This document shows, piece after piece, positions 38,385 through 48,513 of a stretch of DNA of 64,000 nt. The translations under genes and the position numbers were made by a program. How positions within the stretch are numbered: the stretch's first letter is position 1; every line of letters begins with the position of its first letter. The DNA is from Calditrichia bacterium (GTDB lineage: Bacteria > Calditrichota > Calditrichia > RBG-13-44-9 > J075), in the NCBI GenBank assembly GCA_028284445.1, contig JANQRS010000018.1, positions 1-64,000 on the forward strand. The letters run 5' to 3'. Below the pieces are notes generated by a model that saw only the letters and a program-made list of their open reading frames with translations, did no database searches and had not been told where the DNA came from.

Positions 38385-39419
38385 TTGAAAACTACTTATC
38401 AGCTGATACTTCTCGCCTTCATCTCCCCTTTCTTTGCACTTGCGCAAGTCACAGAAGAGGGCCCCGTCTCCGTGGAACCAGTGTGGTCCAATGAGAGACT
38501 GGCATTCCTCGATACCTATCTGGACTCTTTGGGCTCAGCAGCATTTATACTCGCAAGCAGCGACAAAACTATTTTCAATTGGGGAGATACAACTGCCAAT
38601 TTTCGCGCGCACTCAATGCGAAAAAGTTTCTTGAGCGCACTCTTTGGCATCTGCCTTCACCAAGGTCAACTGGATACTACCAAAACACTGGCCGAACTGA
38701 AGATCGATGATCATTCACCACTGCGCCGCTCTGAAAGAGACGCTCGAGTCATAGATTTGTTGCAATCTCGTTCCGGTATTTACCATGCCGCAGCTTCAGA
38801 AACTGCTTCCATGCGGACATCTCGACCAGCACGCGGTTCGCATGCACCGGGCGAATTCTGGTATTATAACAATTGGGATTTCAATGCATTGGGTACCATA
38901 TTCGAGCAAGAAACAGGCGAGGATATATTTGAAGCATTTGCAGTCCATGTAGCAAAGCCGCTCGGCATGCAGGATTTCGATATAGAAAACTGTTGGTATA
39001 AGCGCGAGAAAGTGTCACTACATCGCTCCTATAAATTTCGCATATCGGCCCGTGATTTAGCCCGATTCGGCCAGCTTTTTCTCCGGAATGGATCCTGGAA
39101 CGGTAAGCAACTTATCGCGGAATCCTGGATCAGGGAAAGTACGAGTCAGCACTCCCTAACCGGCCAAAAGGGCAGCAAAAGCGGCTACGGGTTGATGTGG
39201 TGGGTTGTCGCGGATATGGATGAGGAAACACGCCGAAAGCTCCCTAAAGATTTATACATGGCAAGTGGGACCGGCGGGCAAAGACTGATTGTAATCCCTT
39301 CTTTGCAAGTGGTAATTGTTCATCTTGTGAATACGGATAAGCGTGATAGGCCTCGTATCGGAACGAGCTCAATCGATCGGCTATTGGAGAGGATACTGGC
39401 TTCGCGAGCGCGAGACTAG
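38385..39419 (+). CDS. Beta-lactamase-family serine hydrolase (paralog of 20257-21285), secreted
   Basis: Signal peptide (LILLAFISPFFALAQ); S-x-x-K (SMRKSFLSALFGI); shared blocks WYYNNWDFNALGTIFEQETGEDIFEAF and GYGLMWW. Confidence 0.7.
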   Translation: MKTTYQLILLAFISPFFALAQVTEEGPVSVEPVWSNERLAFLDTYLDSLGSAAFILASSDKTIFNWGDTTANFRAHSMRKSFLSALFGICLHQGQLDTTKTLAELKIDDHSPLRRSERDARVIDLLQSRSGIYHAAASETASMRTSRPARGSHAPGEFWYYNNWDFNALGTIFEQETGEDIFEAFAVHVAKPLGMQDFDIENCWYKREKVSLHRSYKFRISARDLARFGQLFLRNGSWNGKQLIAESWIRESTSQHSLTGQKGSKSGYGLMWWVVADMDEETRRKLPKDLYMASGTGGQRLIVIPSLQVVIVHLVNTDKRDRPRIGTSSIDRLLERILASRARD

Positions 39420-39455
39420 CAGCGGCGCTGTCTGGTGTCCTAAAATTGTTTGTCA

Positions 39456-39749
39456 TTACTTTTTCATAATGTTGATGACATATGCCGACAAAAGACGTGC
39501 GTAAATTGCGCTGAACATGAATATTAAGACGAATGTAATCAGAGCTGATAAGCTTGAACTGTATACAAATGCGGTGTTGGTGTCGCCGTATATATCTACC
39601 ATTGAATATTGGACTGCCACTGCTTCAACTCGCGCCTTAGAAAAATTCGCGATCAGCGAAACGAAGTGAATTCCGATCAGAAGAACAGACTGTTTGAGGA
39701 CAGGGATGTGCGAGTTTCTGTTCTTCCGGATTGTCCCAGATGTCTTCAT
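39456..39749 (-). CDS. Small hypothetical membrane protein (97 aa); could be spurious
   Basis: ORF in a 400-bp gap between the hydrolase and AraC genes; two hydrophobic segments; no similarity recognised. Confidence 0.25.
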   Translation of the reverse strand: MKTSGTIRKNRNSHIPVLKQSVLLIGIHFVSLIANFSKARVEAVAVQYSMVDIYGDTNTAFVYSSSLSALITFVLIFMFSAIYARLLSAYVINIMKK

Positions 39750-39821
39750 GCCTTATCTTACAGTCGGTTTCAATTGTAATTGATATCGAAGTTCATCTCA
39801 ATACAATCCGACTATTTTTCT

Positions 39822-40976
39822 ATGGAACCATCTCTGAATCTTTGGACCATTATCATTCTGATGGCGTCAGGCCACGGTATTTTATTATCCCTGCTTTTAT
39901 TTATGCATAAGCGCGGCGATCGCACCGCCAATCGAATCCTGAGCGCCTTGATCTTCGTCTTTTCTCTGCGTCTTCTGGAAGTTGTCGCAATCTGGACGAA
40001 GTATATCCTGGAAGTTCCGTACCTGTTTACGGCGACAGCATCCTTCAAATATCTCTACGGCCCGCTGCTCTACTTCTATGCAAAATCTGTTACCCAAGGC
40101 ATAAGGTTCAACAAGAGATATCTTTGGCATTTCGTACCATTCGTGATACATGCACTTATTCACATTCCCCTTTATCTGACATCACGTGCGTATAAAATTG
40201 ATTTATTAACCAACTATGTTTTGATTGACAATCCGCCCATTTCTTTCTCCTGGGATCCGTACTTTATTTTTGCCTTATCGCAGCTTCCTCACCTGATATT
40301 CTATTCGTTTTTGACCTGGCAAGTAATCAAACGATATGAGCAGACCATCAACAGTTCATCATTAACGCTGGAAAAGATCAAGCTTGCCTGGTTGCGAAAG
40401 TTGCTGGCAGGCTTTGGGGGATTATGGGGACTTTGGCTTTTCTATACAATTGCTATAACACTTGGAACCAGATACTATGTAGAATTGGATTATATCGTTA
40501 CCGGGTCTGTCAGCTTGATCGTTTTTGCCATCGCCTATATGACATTTAAGCAGCCGGAGATCGTTTCAGACGGCCTGATGCTAAAACGTCTGCCAAGATA
40601 TGAAAAATCGACGCTAACCCCCGATCAGGCAAATATCTATGCCGAAAAGCTGGTCTCCCTTATGGAAAGGGAAGAGCTCTTCAGAAAGAGTGATCTCAAT
40701 TTGGCCTTTTTGGCTGGCGAGCTGTCGATTTCAGCCCATCATCTTTCCCAAATTTTGAATGAACAACTGCAACAAAATTTTAATGACTTCATTAATCGAT
40801 ATCGTGTGCAGGAGGCGCAAAAAAGACTGTCCGACCCTGATGAAAATCGTACAACGATTCTGGAAATTGCTTATGATGTCGGTTTCAACAACAAGGCTTC
40901 TTTCAATGCGGCTTTTAAGAAACACGTGGGATTGACGCCCACACAATTCAAAAAATCAAAACAGCTGTCTTCATAA
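39822..40976 (+). CDS. Membrane-embedded AraC-family transcriptional regulator (paralog 3)
   Basis: The N-terminus (MEPSLNLWTIIILMASGHGILLSLLLFMHKRGDRTANR) is near-identical in pattern to 1521-2681 (MEPVFSVWDIIHLLGAAQGFFLAFLFLFLKRGNPLANR). C-terminal AraC HTH (ISAHHLSQILNEQLQQNFNDFINRYRVQEAQKRL...IAYDVGFNNKASFNAAFKKHVGLTPTQFKK). Confidence 0.75.
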   Translation: MEPSLNLWTIIILMASGHGILLSLLLFMHKRGDRTANRILSALIFVFSLRLLEVVAIWTKYILEVPYLFTATASFKYLYGPLLYFYAKSVTQGIRFNKRYLWHFVPFVIHALIHIPLYLTSRAYKIDLLTNYVLIDNPPISFSWDPYFIFALSQLPHLIFYSFLTWQVIKRYEQTINSSSLTLEKIKLAWLRKLLAGFGGLWGLWLFYTIAITLGTRYYVELDYIVTGSVSLIVFAIAYMTFKQPEIVSDGLMLKRLPRYEKSTLTPDQANIYAEKLVSLMEREELFRKSDLNLAFLAGELSISAHHLSQILNEQLQQNFNDFINRYRVQEAQKRLSDPDENRTTILEIAYDVGFNNKASFNAAFKKHVGLTPTQFKKSKQLSS

Positions 40977-41125
40977 CCCGCCCGATTATCGCCAAACCCG
41001 TACTTGCCATGCCCACTCCGCTTTTATTGCCAACTATTTGGTAAAGACTTATCGGATTGGTCGATTTCCTCCCGCAAAAAAATAAATTTGACGAAAAAGA
41101 TAATTATTCAGACGGGGCAGGCGCT

Positions 41126-43108
41126 ATGTTCAGCATATTACGTTTTTCCATCTCGCATAAACTTTATTGCTTTATCGCAAACAGTCTTGCAAAAACGGTA
41201 TCGGCTTTTCTGGTTCTCTTCCTGGTAGCGCTTCAAGGCATTAACACAGAGCTTTCTGCACAAACCTTCACCCGCATTACGATTGATAATGATGCTACCT
41301 GGGCAAGAGGTGTGAGCTGGATTGATTTTGATAATGACGGCGATTTGGATTTATACATAACGAATAATGACTATAGTGGGGTGATCACGTTTGTTGCCGA
41401 GAAAAATCGCAACAAATTTTTTCGCAATGACGGCAATGATGTCTTCGTACCCATCATACCGGAAGGCATGGCAGATGATACCAGCTTTACGCTGGGTCAG
41501 ACCTGGGCAGACTATGACAATGACGGCAACATGGATTTATACACCGCAAATGTCAATGCAATTTACGAGACAACCTTAAACACGCCAACAACTCTGGGCT
41601 CAGCATTATATAGAAATCAAGGATCACCAGACTATTTATTCACGCGTCTTGCTTCAGGCGAGGCAAGCAGTCTCAATCGGATAGGCGGATTTGCAGCCGC
41701 CTGGGGCGACTATGACAACGATGGTTATGTGGACTTGTTCATTACAACACCCAGCACCAGTTTTTATCCGAATGAAGTTCAGACCAACATTTTGTTCGAC
41801 AATAACGGCGATGGCACTTTTGCAAGAAGCTCTACAAGCCCAATCGTAAACGTACCGGCTGATTTTTATACGATACCTTCCTGGTCCGACTACGATCTGG
41901 ATGGTGATCTCGATTTATATATTACAGCCGGACCGATTCAAAATGGGGTACTACAACCGGACTATTTCTTTAAGAACATGCTCAAAGAAACAGATGTCGC
42001 TACTTTCGAGAGAGATACCACAAGCAATTTTGCTTCCGAGCCACGTGACGCGCAGCAAGCAAATTGGATAGATTTTGACAATGATGGCGACCTGGATCTT
42101 TATGTGACCAATTTTGGCGGTACGCCCGGCATTAACGTCGGGATGGCCAATGATCTTTATCGCAATGACGATGGCGAATACACAAAGATTACCAGCGGTG
42201 CCCCGGTAGCAAACAGGAACGTTTCATTCGGTCAGATCTGGGGAGATTTTGACAACGATGGTGATCTGGATTTATACGTAACGAATTTTACCAGCCAATT
42301 CAATTTCGGCGGCAATGACTATTACCAGAATGACGGCGCGCCGGACTATAGCTTCGCACGTATTAGAACAGGCGATTTTGTGACCGGAAATCGTGCCAGC
42401 TGGGGGGCAGCATCAGGCGATTACGATAACGACGGCGATCTCGACTTGTATGTCACTATCAACAGCTTAACAGCAGGCCCCGCCCGTGATGCTTTATATC
42501 GAAATGATGCCAACAATGGCAACAATTGGATCAACATCCAATGTGTTGGCACGGCTTCCAATCGAGCAGCAATAGGCGCCATAGTACGGGTTAAAGCGAC
42601 AGTTTTTGGCAATACATTCTGGCAGATGCGAGAAATATCCTCTCAAAACGCCGCAAATGGCCACAACAGCCTAAGAGCGCATTTTGGCCTGGGTGATGCA
42701 ACGCTTATTGACTCGATTTCTGTCACATGGCCATCCGGAATGATAGATATTGCGACGAACGTTTCGCCAAATGCCTTTATGACCGCCACCGAAGGCAGCC
42801 AGATTGTTGTCTCAATCGATGAACGCGTCCCGTTCGTTGGACCAGAGTCTTTTTTATTGCACCAGAATTTCCCCAATCCATTTAATCCGTCCACCACCAT
42901 TCGCTTCTCGCTTCAGCAAAGAGAGGAAGTAACCCTAAGAGTATTTGATGTGGTTGGGAGGGAGGTTGCGACCTTGGTGAATGATGAGTTGCCCGGCGGA
43001 GACCATTCAGTGGTTTTTGCTGCCGGCGAGCTGGCGAGTGGGGTCTACTTCTATACCTTAAGCGCTGGTCAATTTATCCAAACAAGAAAGGCATTGTTAA
43101 TGAAGTAA
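41126..43108 (+). CDS. FG-GAP/VCBS-repeat protein with an ASPIC/UnbV domain (CRTAC1-like) and a T9SS C-terminal sorting domain
   Basis: Signal peptide; at least 7 FG-GAP-like repeats (WIDFDNDGDLDLYITN, WADYDNDGNMDLYTAN, WGDYDNDGYVDLFITT, ...); ASPIC/UnbV block (NNWINIQCVGTASNRAAIGAIVRVKA...SQNAANGHNSLRAHFGLGDATLIDSISVTWPSG); C-terminal NFPNPFNPSTTIRFSL...RVFDVVGREVATLVND...GVYFYTL. Confidence 0.8.
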   Translation: MFSILRFSISHKLYCFIANSLAKTVSAFLVLFLVALQGINTELSAQTFTRITIDNDATWARGVSWIDFDNDGDLDLYITNNDYSGVITFVAEKNRNKFFRNDGNDVFVPIIPEGMADDTSFTLGQTWADYDNDGNMDLYTANVNAIYETTLNTPTTLGSALYRNQGSPDYLFTRLASGEASSLNRIGGFAAAWGDYDNDGYVDLFITTPSTSFYPNEVQTNILFDNNGDGTFARSSTSPIVNVPADFYTIPSWSDYDLDGDLDLYITAGPIQNGVLQPDYFFKNMLKETDVATFERDTTSNFASEPRDAQQANWIDFDNDGDLDLYVTNFGGTPGINVGMANDLYRNDDGEYTKITSGAPVANRNVSFGQIWGDFDNDGDLDLYVTNFTSQFNFGGNDYYQNDGAPDYSFARIRTGDFVTGNRASWGAASGDYDNDGDLDLYVTINSLTAGPARDALYRNDANNGNNWINIQCVGTASNRAAIGAIVRVKATVFGNTFWQMREISSQNAANGHNSLRAHFGLGDATLIDSISVTWPSGMIDIATNVSPNAFMTATEGSQIVVSIDERVPFVGPESFLLHQNFPNPFNPSTTIRFSLQQREEVTLRVFDVVGREVATLVNDELPGGDHSVVFAAGELASGVYFYTLSAGQFIQTRKALLMK

Positions 43109-43123
43109 GGCAGCGCGTGTCAT

Positions 43124-43319
43124 TTTCGCTCCTGATGCTTGGATGTTCTCCCCCACAGGGCAGGGTTCATTCATGTGGCCGCTCATGTTAGAAATATTTC
43201 GTCGCTATGCGACGGTTAACCCATACCGTTGATCGTCTATAGCGGACCGATGCTCTGTCGGAGCGAAATATTTATGGTTTCATGCGATGAATTAATATTG
43301 ATGCCCTGCCCTGTAGGGG
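43124..43319. other. About 195-nt highly structured element between convergent genes: outer 15-bp stem (CCCCACAGGGCAGGG / CCCTGCCCTGTAGGGG) enclosing nested palindromes and mutually exclusive pairings (TTTCGCTCC / GGAGCGAAA / GAAATATTTCG)
   Basis: Inverted repeats read directly: 43150-43165 against 43304-43319; GTCGCTATGCGAC palindrome at 43201-43213; ACGGT..ACCGT hairpin at 43212-43230; TTTCGCTCC (43124-43132) complementary to GGAGCGAAA (about 43260-43268), which can alternatively pair with AAATATTTCG (about 43192). Confidence 0.5.
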
Positions 43320-43383
43320 TATAACGTCATCTTTGCAGAGCCTTACTTCATTATGCGATCATTTAGCATTCGGCTCGCATTTG

Positions 43384-44370
43384 TCATCTACGGTTAATCC
43401 AGTCCAATATATCTTGCAGAACATGCTCAGCGACATCATTCGTTTCCTCGTTGAGTATCAGATGCGTCACCCGAGTATAGGAGACCCAGCGATAAGCACT
43501 GAAATTCCTGCTGACAATGTCCTGCCAGCGTAATTTATTGGCATCCAGGGTTACGCCCGGAAAATTCTCATCACTACATCCCTGGAGAATAAATGCAGGG
43601 CTATTCCCGGCTTGTAATATGCTGTCGGCCTTTTCGCTGTAGGTAATCCATTCCCGCCAATAGGTTTCTCCCGCTCCCAAAATTGATCCACCAACCGGAA
43701 ATTGACCATTTCGGAGCAATTCGAAGGCCGCCTGTACATCATTAACAATGGTTTCTGAAATATCCGGATTTGCTCGTAGCTGCTCCACCAACAACGTGTC
43801 AACAGCAAAGGCGGGCGCTGCCAGAATGACCAAACCGGCAATATTGCCGATTTGATTTGCAGCAACCGGGGCAAGATTACCACCTTCACTATGTCCAATG
43901 ATAAATATTTTCTGCGGATCAAGATCGCTGCGGCCTTGCAAATAGTTAACGGCAGCAACGATGTCAGCAACTTGATCGCTTTGGGACAATTGCAGAGAAT
44001 TTAGATTAGGGTAGGTAATAAACCGTTTATCATAGCGCAGAACGGCAATATCTCTTTCTAGCAGAAAATCTGCCCAGTTCCGATAGATTGGCGGCAAATC
44101 ACCAGTAGCAGCTCCGGCAATCAGGCCATCCCGATCTACCGGACCAGAGCCGGGGACTATAACAACCGCTGCCCGCGCTTGGCTTTCCGGCATGAATAAT
44201 GTTGCTTGTAAAGTGAGATTGTCGCTTGTCGGAAACGTAACTTCAGTCGAAGTGGGCCCAGTCTCGACCGGTGGTGTGGTGCTTTCAGAACATGCAGCAA
44301 GAATGAGTCCTACGACTATTCCGACTACGAGCATTATTCTTAAACGAAAATGAGTTTTATTCATTGCCAT
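43384..44370 (-). CDS. Alpha/beta-hydrolase-fold lipoprotein (dienelactone-hydrolase/S9-like)
   Basis: Lipoprotein signal (LVVGIVVGLILAACSE); nucleophile elbow G-x-S-x-G (IIGHSEGGNLA); C-terminal His (VTHLILNE). Confidence 0.65.
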   Translation of the reverse strand: MAMNKTHFRLRIMLVVGIVVGLILAACSESTTPPVETGPTSTEVTFPTSDNLTLQATLFMPESQARAAVVIVPGSGPVDRDGLIAGAATGDLPPIYRNWADFLLERDIAVLRYDKRFITYPNLNSLQLSQSDQVADIVAAVNYLQGRSDLDPQKIFIIGHSEGGNLAPVAANQIGNIAGLVILAAPAFAVDTLLVEQLRANPDISETIVNDVQAAFELLRNGQFPVGGSILGAGETYWREWITYSEKADSILQAGNSPAFILQGCSDENFPGVTLDANKLRWQDIVSRNFSAYRWVSYTRVTHLILNEETNDVAEHVLQDILDWINRR

Positions 44371-44472
44371 TCGCCTTATCCCTTAGTGTCCAGGGAAAAA
44401 GTAGGCAGTAAAAAACTCATATTTCAAGTACGAAATCGGGAAGCAGGGCGTTTTCGCCCCCTAATTTAACGC

Positions 44473-45960
44473 TTAGTCAAGCACATTCATTGCAGTTCTT
44501 TCGAACTGCTGCCCGTTGCCCGGAATGTACTGCGCCATATTCCTGACCATCCCTCTGAAAACCAGTGAATGAACCGGATAAATGCTATACCAATAGAGCC
44601 TGCCCAACAAACCATTTGGACGAAATGTCGCATTCTGATGAAGGATGCCGCCCATCCCCTGCGGTTCAATTTTGAATTCCAACCAGGCTTCACCCGGCAA
44701 CTTCATTTCCGCATATAGTAAAATGCGCATATTCTTTTTGTCGGCCAGCAATACCCGCCAAAAATCCAGGGCATCACCGGGCTTCAGGGAATCCTTGTTG
44801 GTCCTTCCGCGACGTAATCCGACACCGCCGGCTATCTTATCGATGTAGCCTCTTATTTTCCACAGCCAGTTTTGACTATACCAACCGCGCTCCCCGCCGA
44901 CAGACCAGATATTATCCAAAACTTCCAGGGGGTTGCGTTTGAATGAAACGCTCCGCTTATCTTTTAAACATCCATACTGAGGCAGTTGAATATAGTCGTG
45001 GTATTTTGCATCAAGGGTTCCGCTTACCCAGGCATCCTTCCAGCTGGAAACAACAGCATTTTCAGCAATTTTGGAGAATGCCCTTTCAACAGCAACTTCA
45101 TAGCTGAGGCATTCATGGGGAATAAGTTCTTTTATCTCATCATTCTGGCAGATCACTTCATTTTTTAGACTGTCCACCAGGCTTCGGGCCAGGGAAAAAG
45201 ACGTTGAAGTAACAAAGTATAGCCAGTAAGAGGATAATCTCGGGGTCAATACCGGCACGCTGAAAATGTATCGCTTGAAGCCGCGCACTTTGGCAAATGA
45301 GTGCAGCATTTCTTTATACCTGAGGATATCCGGCCCGCCAATGTCAAAGATCTTGCCGTAGCAGGCGGCATTTCCTATGACCTTTTTTAAATAATAAATG
45401 ACGTCATAAATGGCGATGGGCTGGCTGCGATTATTTATCCATTTTGGGGCGATCATCACCGGCAGTTTTTCCACCAGATCCCTGACAATTTCAAAGGAAG
45501 CGCTACCCGAACCAATAATAATGCCGGCTCGCAAAACGGTAAGATGTATGCCGCTTTCTCGTAATATTTGCTCGACACCAAAACGCGATCTTAAGTGTGG
45601 GGACAGATTATCATCGTTGACAATCCCACTCAGATAAACAATCTGCTTCAATCGGGTCTGTTTGACTGCACGAGCAAAATTCCCGGCGCAAATCTGTTCC
45701 AGATTTGCAAAATCCTTTACGGTATTGCCCATCGAGTGCACAAGATAAAAGGCAACATCAATATCATCCGGTATCCCGGACAGAGAATCGTAATCCAATA
45801 AGTCACCGCGAACAATTTCCGTGCGTGATTTTTGAGACGGTGTGATCGCCATACGGTCCGGGTTACGAACCAGGCAGACAATTTCATGTCCGGCTTCAAG
45901 TAAAACTGGCAGTAGTCGTTTGCCAATATAGCCATTGGCACCTGTGAGTAATACTTTCAT
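44473..45960 (-). CDS. NAD(P)H-binding (NmrA/atypical-SDR-like) domain fused to a C-terminal DUF2867-like domain
   Basis: Rossmann G-x-x-G-x-x-G at the preferred start (MKVLLTGANGYIGKRLLPVLLEAGHEIVCLVRN). The C-terminal 180 aa resembles the DUF2867 region that commonly accompanies this fold. The ORF extends upstream to 46104, but that would overlap the TonB receptor gene, so the Met at 45960 is preferred. Confidence 0.55.
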   Translation of the reverse strand: MKVLLTGANGYIGKRLLPVLLEAGHEIVCLVRNPDRMAITPSQKSRTEIVRGDLLDYDSLSGIPDDIDVAFYLVHSMGNTVKDFANLEQICAGNFARAVKQTRLKQIVYLSGIVNDDNLSPHLRSRFGVEQILRESGIHLTVLRAGIIIGSGSASFEIVRDLVEKLPVMIAPKWINNRSQPIAIYDVIYYLKKVIGNAACYGKIFDIGGPDILRYKEMLHSFAKVRGFKRYIFSVPVLTPRLSSYWLYFVTSTSFSLARSLVDSLKNEVICQNDEIKELIPHECLSYEVAVERAFSKIAENAVVSSWKDAWVSGTLDAKYHDYIQLPQYGCLKDKRSVSFKRNPLEVLDNIWSVGGERGWYSQNWLWKIRGYIDKIAGGVGLRRGRTNKDSLKPGDALDFWRVLLADKKNMRILLYAEMKLPGEAWLEFKIEPQGMGGILHQNATFRPNGLLGRLYWYSIYPVHSLVFRGMVRNMAQYIPGNGQQFERTAMNVLD

Positions 45961-46003
45961 ACCAAATCCCCTATTCACTTGAAAAATGTCTACATGATGC
46001 CCA

Positions 46004-48391
46004 TTAGAAATCGATGACGATGCCAATAGTCGGCAAGACCTGTCCACTGGAAGAAGGCTCGATTTCCACCAATTCCCGTGGCTGTTGCACGTTACCGGCT
46101 TCATCCCGCCTCAGACCATAGGTTGGTGCTGATGGCAGCTCGCTGCCGGTTATATTCTGAACTTCCAAATAGGCATCCAGCGTCCAGGTTCTGAAATTCC
46201 ATTTCTTGTCGATACGAATATCGAGCGAGTTGAGCGCCGCCAGCCGCTGCTCACCAAGACTGCTGTAATCAAATATCAGCGCCGGATATTCCTCGAGTGT
46301 CGCTTCTCTGTCCAGGGCCGCAAAAGGTGCCTTGCCGGCATAACGCAGCCGCGCGCCGATTTCCAGACTATTACCGATCTTATAGCCACCGGTAAAGCTC
46401 ACAAGCTGGCGATTATCCCAGAGCGAAGGGAGGAATTCGTCGCGATCAAAGCCGGTAAATTCGCTGCGGTATAGCGTATAGGCCAATAGCCCATAGAAAT
46501 TGTTGCTGAGTTTGCGTTGATAGGTAAATTCTAAGCCGTATGTTCTGCCAAGTCCCACACTTTCGATCGCCTCGTTTCCAAATACAGCGAAATCTGCACC
46601 CAGGTTTGCCAGCGAGACGCTGTCACGAAGCGAAACCGGATAATTGTCGTAGCGCTTATAAAATGCTTCCAGCGATATCTGCGTGGTTCTGGAGGGATCA
46701 AGCGAGATGCCGGCAACCAGGTGATCGCTTCTGATATAGCTGGCGCCTTTGTTAGGCAACGCCAGGGTGTTGTCTCTAAATCCCAAAATGGTGTTGGGCG
46801 GCAACTTATAATATCTACCGATCGACGCATTTACAGCAAGCCGCTTGGCCTGATTGATGACGTAAGCAAGCCCCAACCTCGGTGAAATCGTTTCAGCCAG
46901 ATTATTACCGTCCGTACTAAAGGTATTCCCATCCGTTCGCAGGCCCACTGTTGCATTCAGTCGATCCGCCAACCAATTGCCGGAAGCCTGGGCAAATATG
47001 CCGTAGCGGTAATAGGATAAATCCGTGTCGAATTGGTTATTGTTGACCAAGTCTTCCGTTGCGTTCTTATACAGCGTATGTTGTAATAAAATGCCGCTGG
47101 ATATAGACCACCTGTCATCGAAGCGGTTATACTCGCTTCTTAGCTTTATGTCCCGCTCGGTGGAATTATTATCAAGAAACAGCCCGCTCAGATTCTCATT
47201 ATCACGGTATCGGCGAAAGTTGTTGTCAAAATAATTCATGCTTAACGCCGTCCGGACCTTACTCTTGAAGTCCCTGAATCGATGTGTCCAGGCAATGCCA
47301 TGCGTGGTTGTCCACTGTTTGATAACCGGCACCTGATCCAGCACCGCCTGCTGTTCCTCATCGATGTCATCCGGCACATTAATCCGGAAATCATCGATAG
47401 ATCCCAAACCGATCAGACTGATTTCATCATAATTGCTGGATTTGTGGCTCACTTTGTATTGATAATCCCAGTAATCGGGCAAAAAGGGCAGCCCGACCAC
47501 TTTGAACAAGAACTGCAAATAGGATCTGCGCAGCGATAACATATAGGTGGTATTGGAATATGCTTCATCCTTGCCCTTAAACAAGGGCCCCTCGACTGTC
47601 GCGGCCGCTTCACTAAAACCGAGGCGAAAATTATACTGATGCCGCTCGGCATTTCCATTGCGCTGTGTGAATTGCAGCACGCTGGACAGAACGTTATCGT
47701 ATTTCGCCGGAAAAGAACTGGCGCTGAGGGTCACACCTTCAAAAAACGATACGTTAAGCAAACCAACCGGCCCGCCTGCACTGCCCTGAGTAGCAAAATG
47801 ATTGATATTGGGAATTTCGATGCCGTCAAGATAGTAGACATTCTCATTTGGCGCCCCGCCGCGAATAATGACGTCGTTTCGAAATCCAAGCGGTGAAGCG
47901 GTTACTCCCGGTAAGGACTGTATCACCCTGGCAATATCATTATTCCCTCCCGGATATGTGGCAATTTCAACCTGCGACAGTTCACGGATCGATACAGGAT
48001 TGTCTTCCGGCTTTTCAAACAAACCCTGCGTTGTGACTACCTCATCCGTTTCAATGGCAACTGACTGTAGCTGAAAATTGATGTCCGGGTTTCCGCCGGA
48101 TTTAACTGAGGTATTAAATTTGGTTGCGGCTTTGTAGCCGACATATTCTGCAATCAGATTATATGTTCCGGTGGGCACATTTTCTACCTGGTAGTAGCCA
48201 TTCAGATCAGTTGATGCGCCAAATCCAGTGCCTTCGAAATAAACATTTACACCAATAAGCGGTTCCCCGCTCTTCATATCCGTTACGTAGCCGGAAATCG
48301 AGCCTACCGTTTGGGCAAAAATATCTATGGCTGTAAGGGCAAGGATACTCAACACCAGTGCTATACCTGTTATCCCTTTTCTTGATTCCAT
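46004..48391 (-). CDS. TonB-dependent outer-membrane receptor with an N-terminal carboxypeptidase-regulatory-like domain
   Basis: Signal peptide (ALVLSILALTAIDIFAQ); CarbopepD_reg-like N-terminal domain (GYVTDMKSGEPLIGVNVYFEGTGFGASTDLNGYYQVENVPTGTYNLIAEYVGYK); plug plus 22-strand barrel-like alternating pattern; C-terminal aromatic residue (...TIGIVIDF). Confidence 0.8.
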   Translation of the reverse strand: MESRKGITGIALVLSILALTAIDIFAQTVGSISGYVTDMKSGEPLIGVNVYFEGTGFGASTDLNGYYQVENVPTGTYNLIAEYVGYKAATKFNTSVKSGGNPDINFQLQSVAIETDEVVTTQGLFEKPEDNPVSIRELSQVEIATYPGGNNDIARVIQSLPGVTASPLGFRNDVIIRGGAPNENVYYLDGIEIPNINHFATQGSAGGPVGLLNVSFFEGVTLSASSFPAKYDNVLSSVLQFTQRNGNAERHQYNFRLGFSEAAATVEGPLFKGKDEAYSNTTYMLSLRRSYLQFLFKVVGLPFLPDYWDYQYKVSHKSSNYDEISLIGLGSIDDFRINVPDDIDEEQQAVLDQVPVIKQWTTTHGIAWTHRFRDFKSKVRTALSMNYFDNNFRRYRDNENLSGLFLDNNSTERDIKLRSEYNRFDDRWSISSGILLQHTLYKNATEDLVNNNQFDTDLSYYRYGIFAQASGNWLADRLNATVGLRTDGNTFSTDGNNLAETISPRLGLAYVINQAKRLAVNASIGRYYKLPPNTILGFRDNTLALPNKGASYIRSDHLVAGISLDPSRTTQISLEAFYKRYDNYPVSLRDSVSLANLGADFAVFGNEAIESVGLGRTYGLEFTYQRKLSNNFYGLLAYTLYRSEFTGFDRDEFLPSLWDNRQLVSFTGGYKIGNSLEIGARLRYAGKAPFAALDREATLEEYPALIFDYSSLGEQRLAALNSLDIRIDKKWNFRTWTLDAYLEVQNITGSELPSAPTYGLRRDEAGNVQQPRELVEIEPSSSGQVLPTIGIVIDF

Positions 48392-48513
48392 TTCTCTCAG
48401 ACCTTGCTTTATTTTTGATTCAGAGTCTTCTAGCCGGTATTAAAGACTTGCAAGCAACACAATGCCCACAATCTCCATCCCGATCTAATTCGATTTAGCT
48501 GCGCGAAAACAGC

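Noticed and set aside
44473-46104. Full-length 543-aa ORF overlapping the TonB receptor gene by 100 nt
   Set aside because: The N-terminal 48 codons lack features and would overlap the upstream gene. The Rossmann motif begins exactly at the internal Met (MKVLLTGANG), so the shorter start at 45960 is preferred.
46004-48391. SusC/SusD-type polysaccharide utilisation locus
   Set aside because: A TonB-dependent receptor is present, but no SusD-like lipoprotein gene follows it. Its upstream region instead carries the TetR-associated repeat motif.
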